DNA from: an uncultured Bacillales bacterium
GTDB lineage: Bacteria; Bacillota; Bacilli; Tepidibacillales; Tepidibacillaceae
Assembly (NCBI GenBank): GCA_964637775.1
Contig: CAZWWX010000005.1
Span: 18,277-82,276, forward strand
Direction of reading: 5' to 3'
DNA length: 64,000 nt
The position numbers and the translations under genes were made by a program. The notes beneath the pieces were generated by a model. That model was not told where the DNA came from, made no database searches, and saw only the letters and a program-made list of their open reading frames with translations. This document shows, piece after piece, positions 63,262 through 64,000 of the stretch (position 1 is its first letter; each line of letters starts with the position of its first letter).

Positions 63262-64000
63262 TTATATTAACTCTTGTTGTCTCAATATTTCATATAGGAA
63301 AATCGCTGTCGCCACAGAAGCATTTAGTGAATTTACACTGCCATACATAGGAAGCTTGGCAATATAATCACATTTGCTAAGTAGCAGTTTTGATACCCCC
63401 TGACCCTCACCTCCAATTACTAAGCAGACCGGCATTTTGTAGTCTATCTCTGTATAAAGGCTGGTGCCGCTAGCATCCGCACCCACTATCCAATACCCTT
63501 CATCCTTTACCCGTTTAACTGTCTGCACTAAATTAGTAACGCGCGCCACCGGTACATGCTCAATCGCTCCTGCTGAAGTTTTAGCAACAGTCGACGTTAG
63601 ACCAACTGACCTTCTTTCCGGTATTATAATTCCCGAAGCTGCCACTACGTCAGCTGTCCGTAGAATGGCACCCAAATTATGAGGATCCTCTAATCCATCA
63701 AGCATAATTAACAAGGGGTATTTGCGGGAATCGCGAGCTCTTTTTATTATGACTTCTAGCGGCAAATACGAATATGCAGCAATTATAGCGGCTACTCCTT
63801 GGTGTTTGTCGCTACCAACAATCTGGTCTAAGTTGTGTCTCGCAATACTATTTATTTTAATTCTGCGATTCTTAGCTAACTGGAGTATCTCAGTTACGCG
63901 AGCATGTTTTGTTCCCTCAGCAACGTAGAGTTGCTCTATCTCTCTGTTTGCAACCAGAGATTCCATTACTGAGTTGACACCGATAATTATTTGTTTATCT
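63262..64000 (-). CDS. rlmB: 23S rRNA (guanosine-2'-O)-methyltransferase RlmB/YacO (SPOUT); N-terminus runs off the window end
   Basis: HQGVAA..MLDGLEDPHNLGAILRTADVVAASGIIIPERRS..CLVIGGEGQGVS..GSVNSLNASVATAIFLYE. The frame stays open upstream of the ORF-track ATG (..DKQIIIGVNSVMESL), so the true start is beyond base 64000. Confidence 0.9.
   Translation of the reverse strand, partial: DKQIIIGVNSVMESLVANREIEQLYVAEGTKHARVTEILQLAKNRRIKINSIARHNLDQIVGSDKHQGVAAIIAAYSYLPLEVIIKRARDSRKYPLLIMLDGLEDPHNLGAILRTADVVAASGIIIPERRSVGLTSTVAKTSAGAIEHVPVARVTNLVQTVKRVKDEGYWIVGADASGTSLYTEIDYKMPVCLVIGGEGQGVSKLLLSKCDYIAKLPMYGSVNSLNASVATAIFLYEILRQQELI

Overview
64-kb chromosomal segment from a low-GC Gram-positive (Bacillota-type gene order), almost entirely transcribed on the minus strand. 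The right two thirds (26.6-64 kb) is the classical translation/transcription supercluster. Listed by increasing coordinate: rpsI-rplM, truA, ecfT-ecfA, rplQ-rpoA-rpsK-rpsM-rpmJ-infA, map-adk-secY, the spc and S10 ribosomal-protein operons, tuf-fusA-rpsG-rpsL, an L7Ae-like gene, rpoC-rpoB, a YbxB-like methyltransferase, rplL-rplJ, rplA-rplK, nusG-secE-rpmG, sigH and rlmB. The left third holds nnr-acpS, a TerC gene behind a yybP-ykoY (Mn2+) riboswitch, the cdaA-cdaR-glmM operon, and a ThiXYZ-like ABC importer behind a TPP riboswitch. It also holds arginase, a TetR-controlled operon, ten tRNA genes in two arrays split by an AbrB/PIN toxin-antitoxin cassette, and copA-copZ. Three things stand out. 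(1) An AT-rich island of toxin/defence-type genes at 19.7-26.6 kb: a GIY-YIG/DUF2075 helicase coupled to a MazG-like gene, mazEF, a DUF2779 Cas4-like nuclease with a RhuM-Doc fusion, and a Fic protein. No recombinase is present. (2) A sharply GC-rich block (truA-ecfT-fused ecfA1A2, 27.7-31.0 kb) sits in the conserved position inside the ribosomal cluster. Its fused ATPase carries a Cys-rich insertion. (3) The PIN toxin gene is interrupted by an in-frame TAG. Many ORF-track starts are alternative-start artefacts lying on top of the real Shine-Dalgarno sequence, and I corrected these where the sequence supports it. No rRNA, CRISPR array, transposase or integrase was seen.
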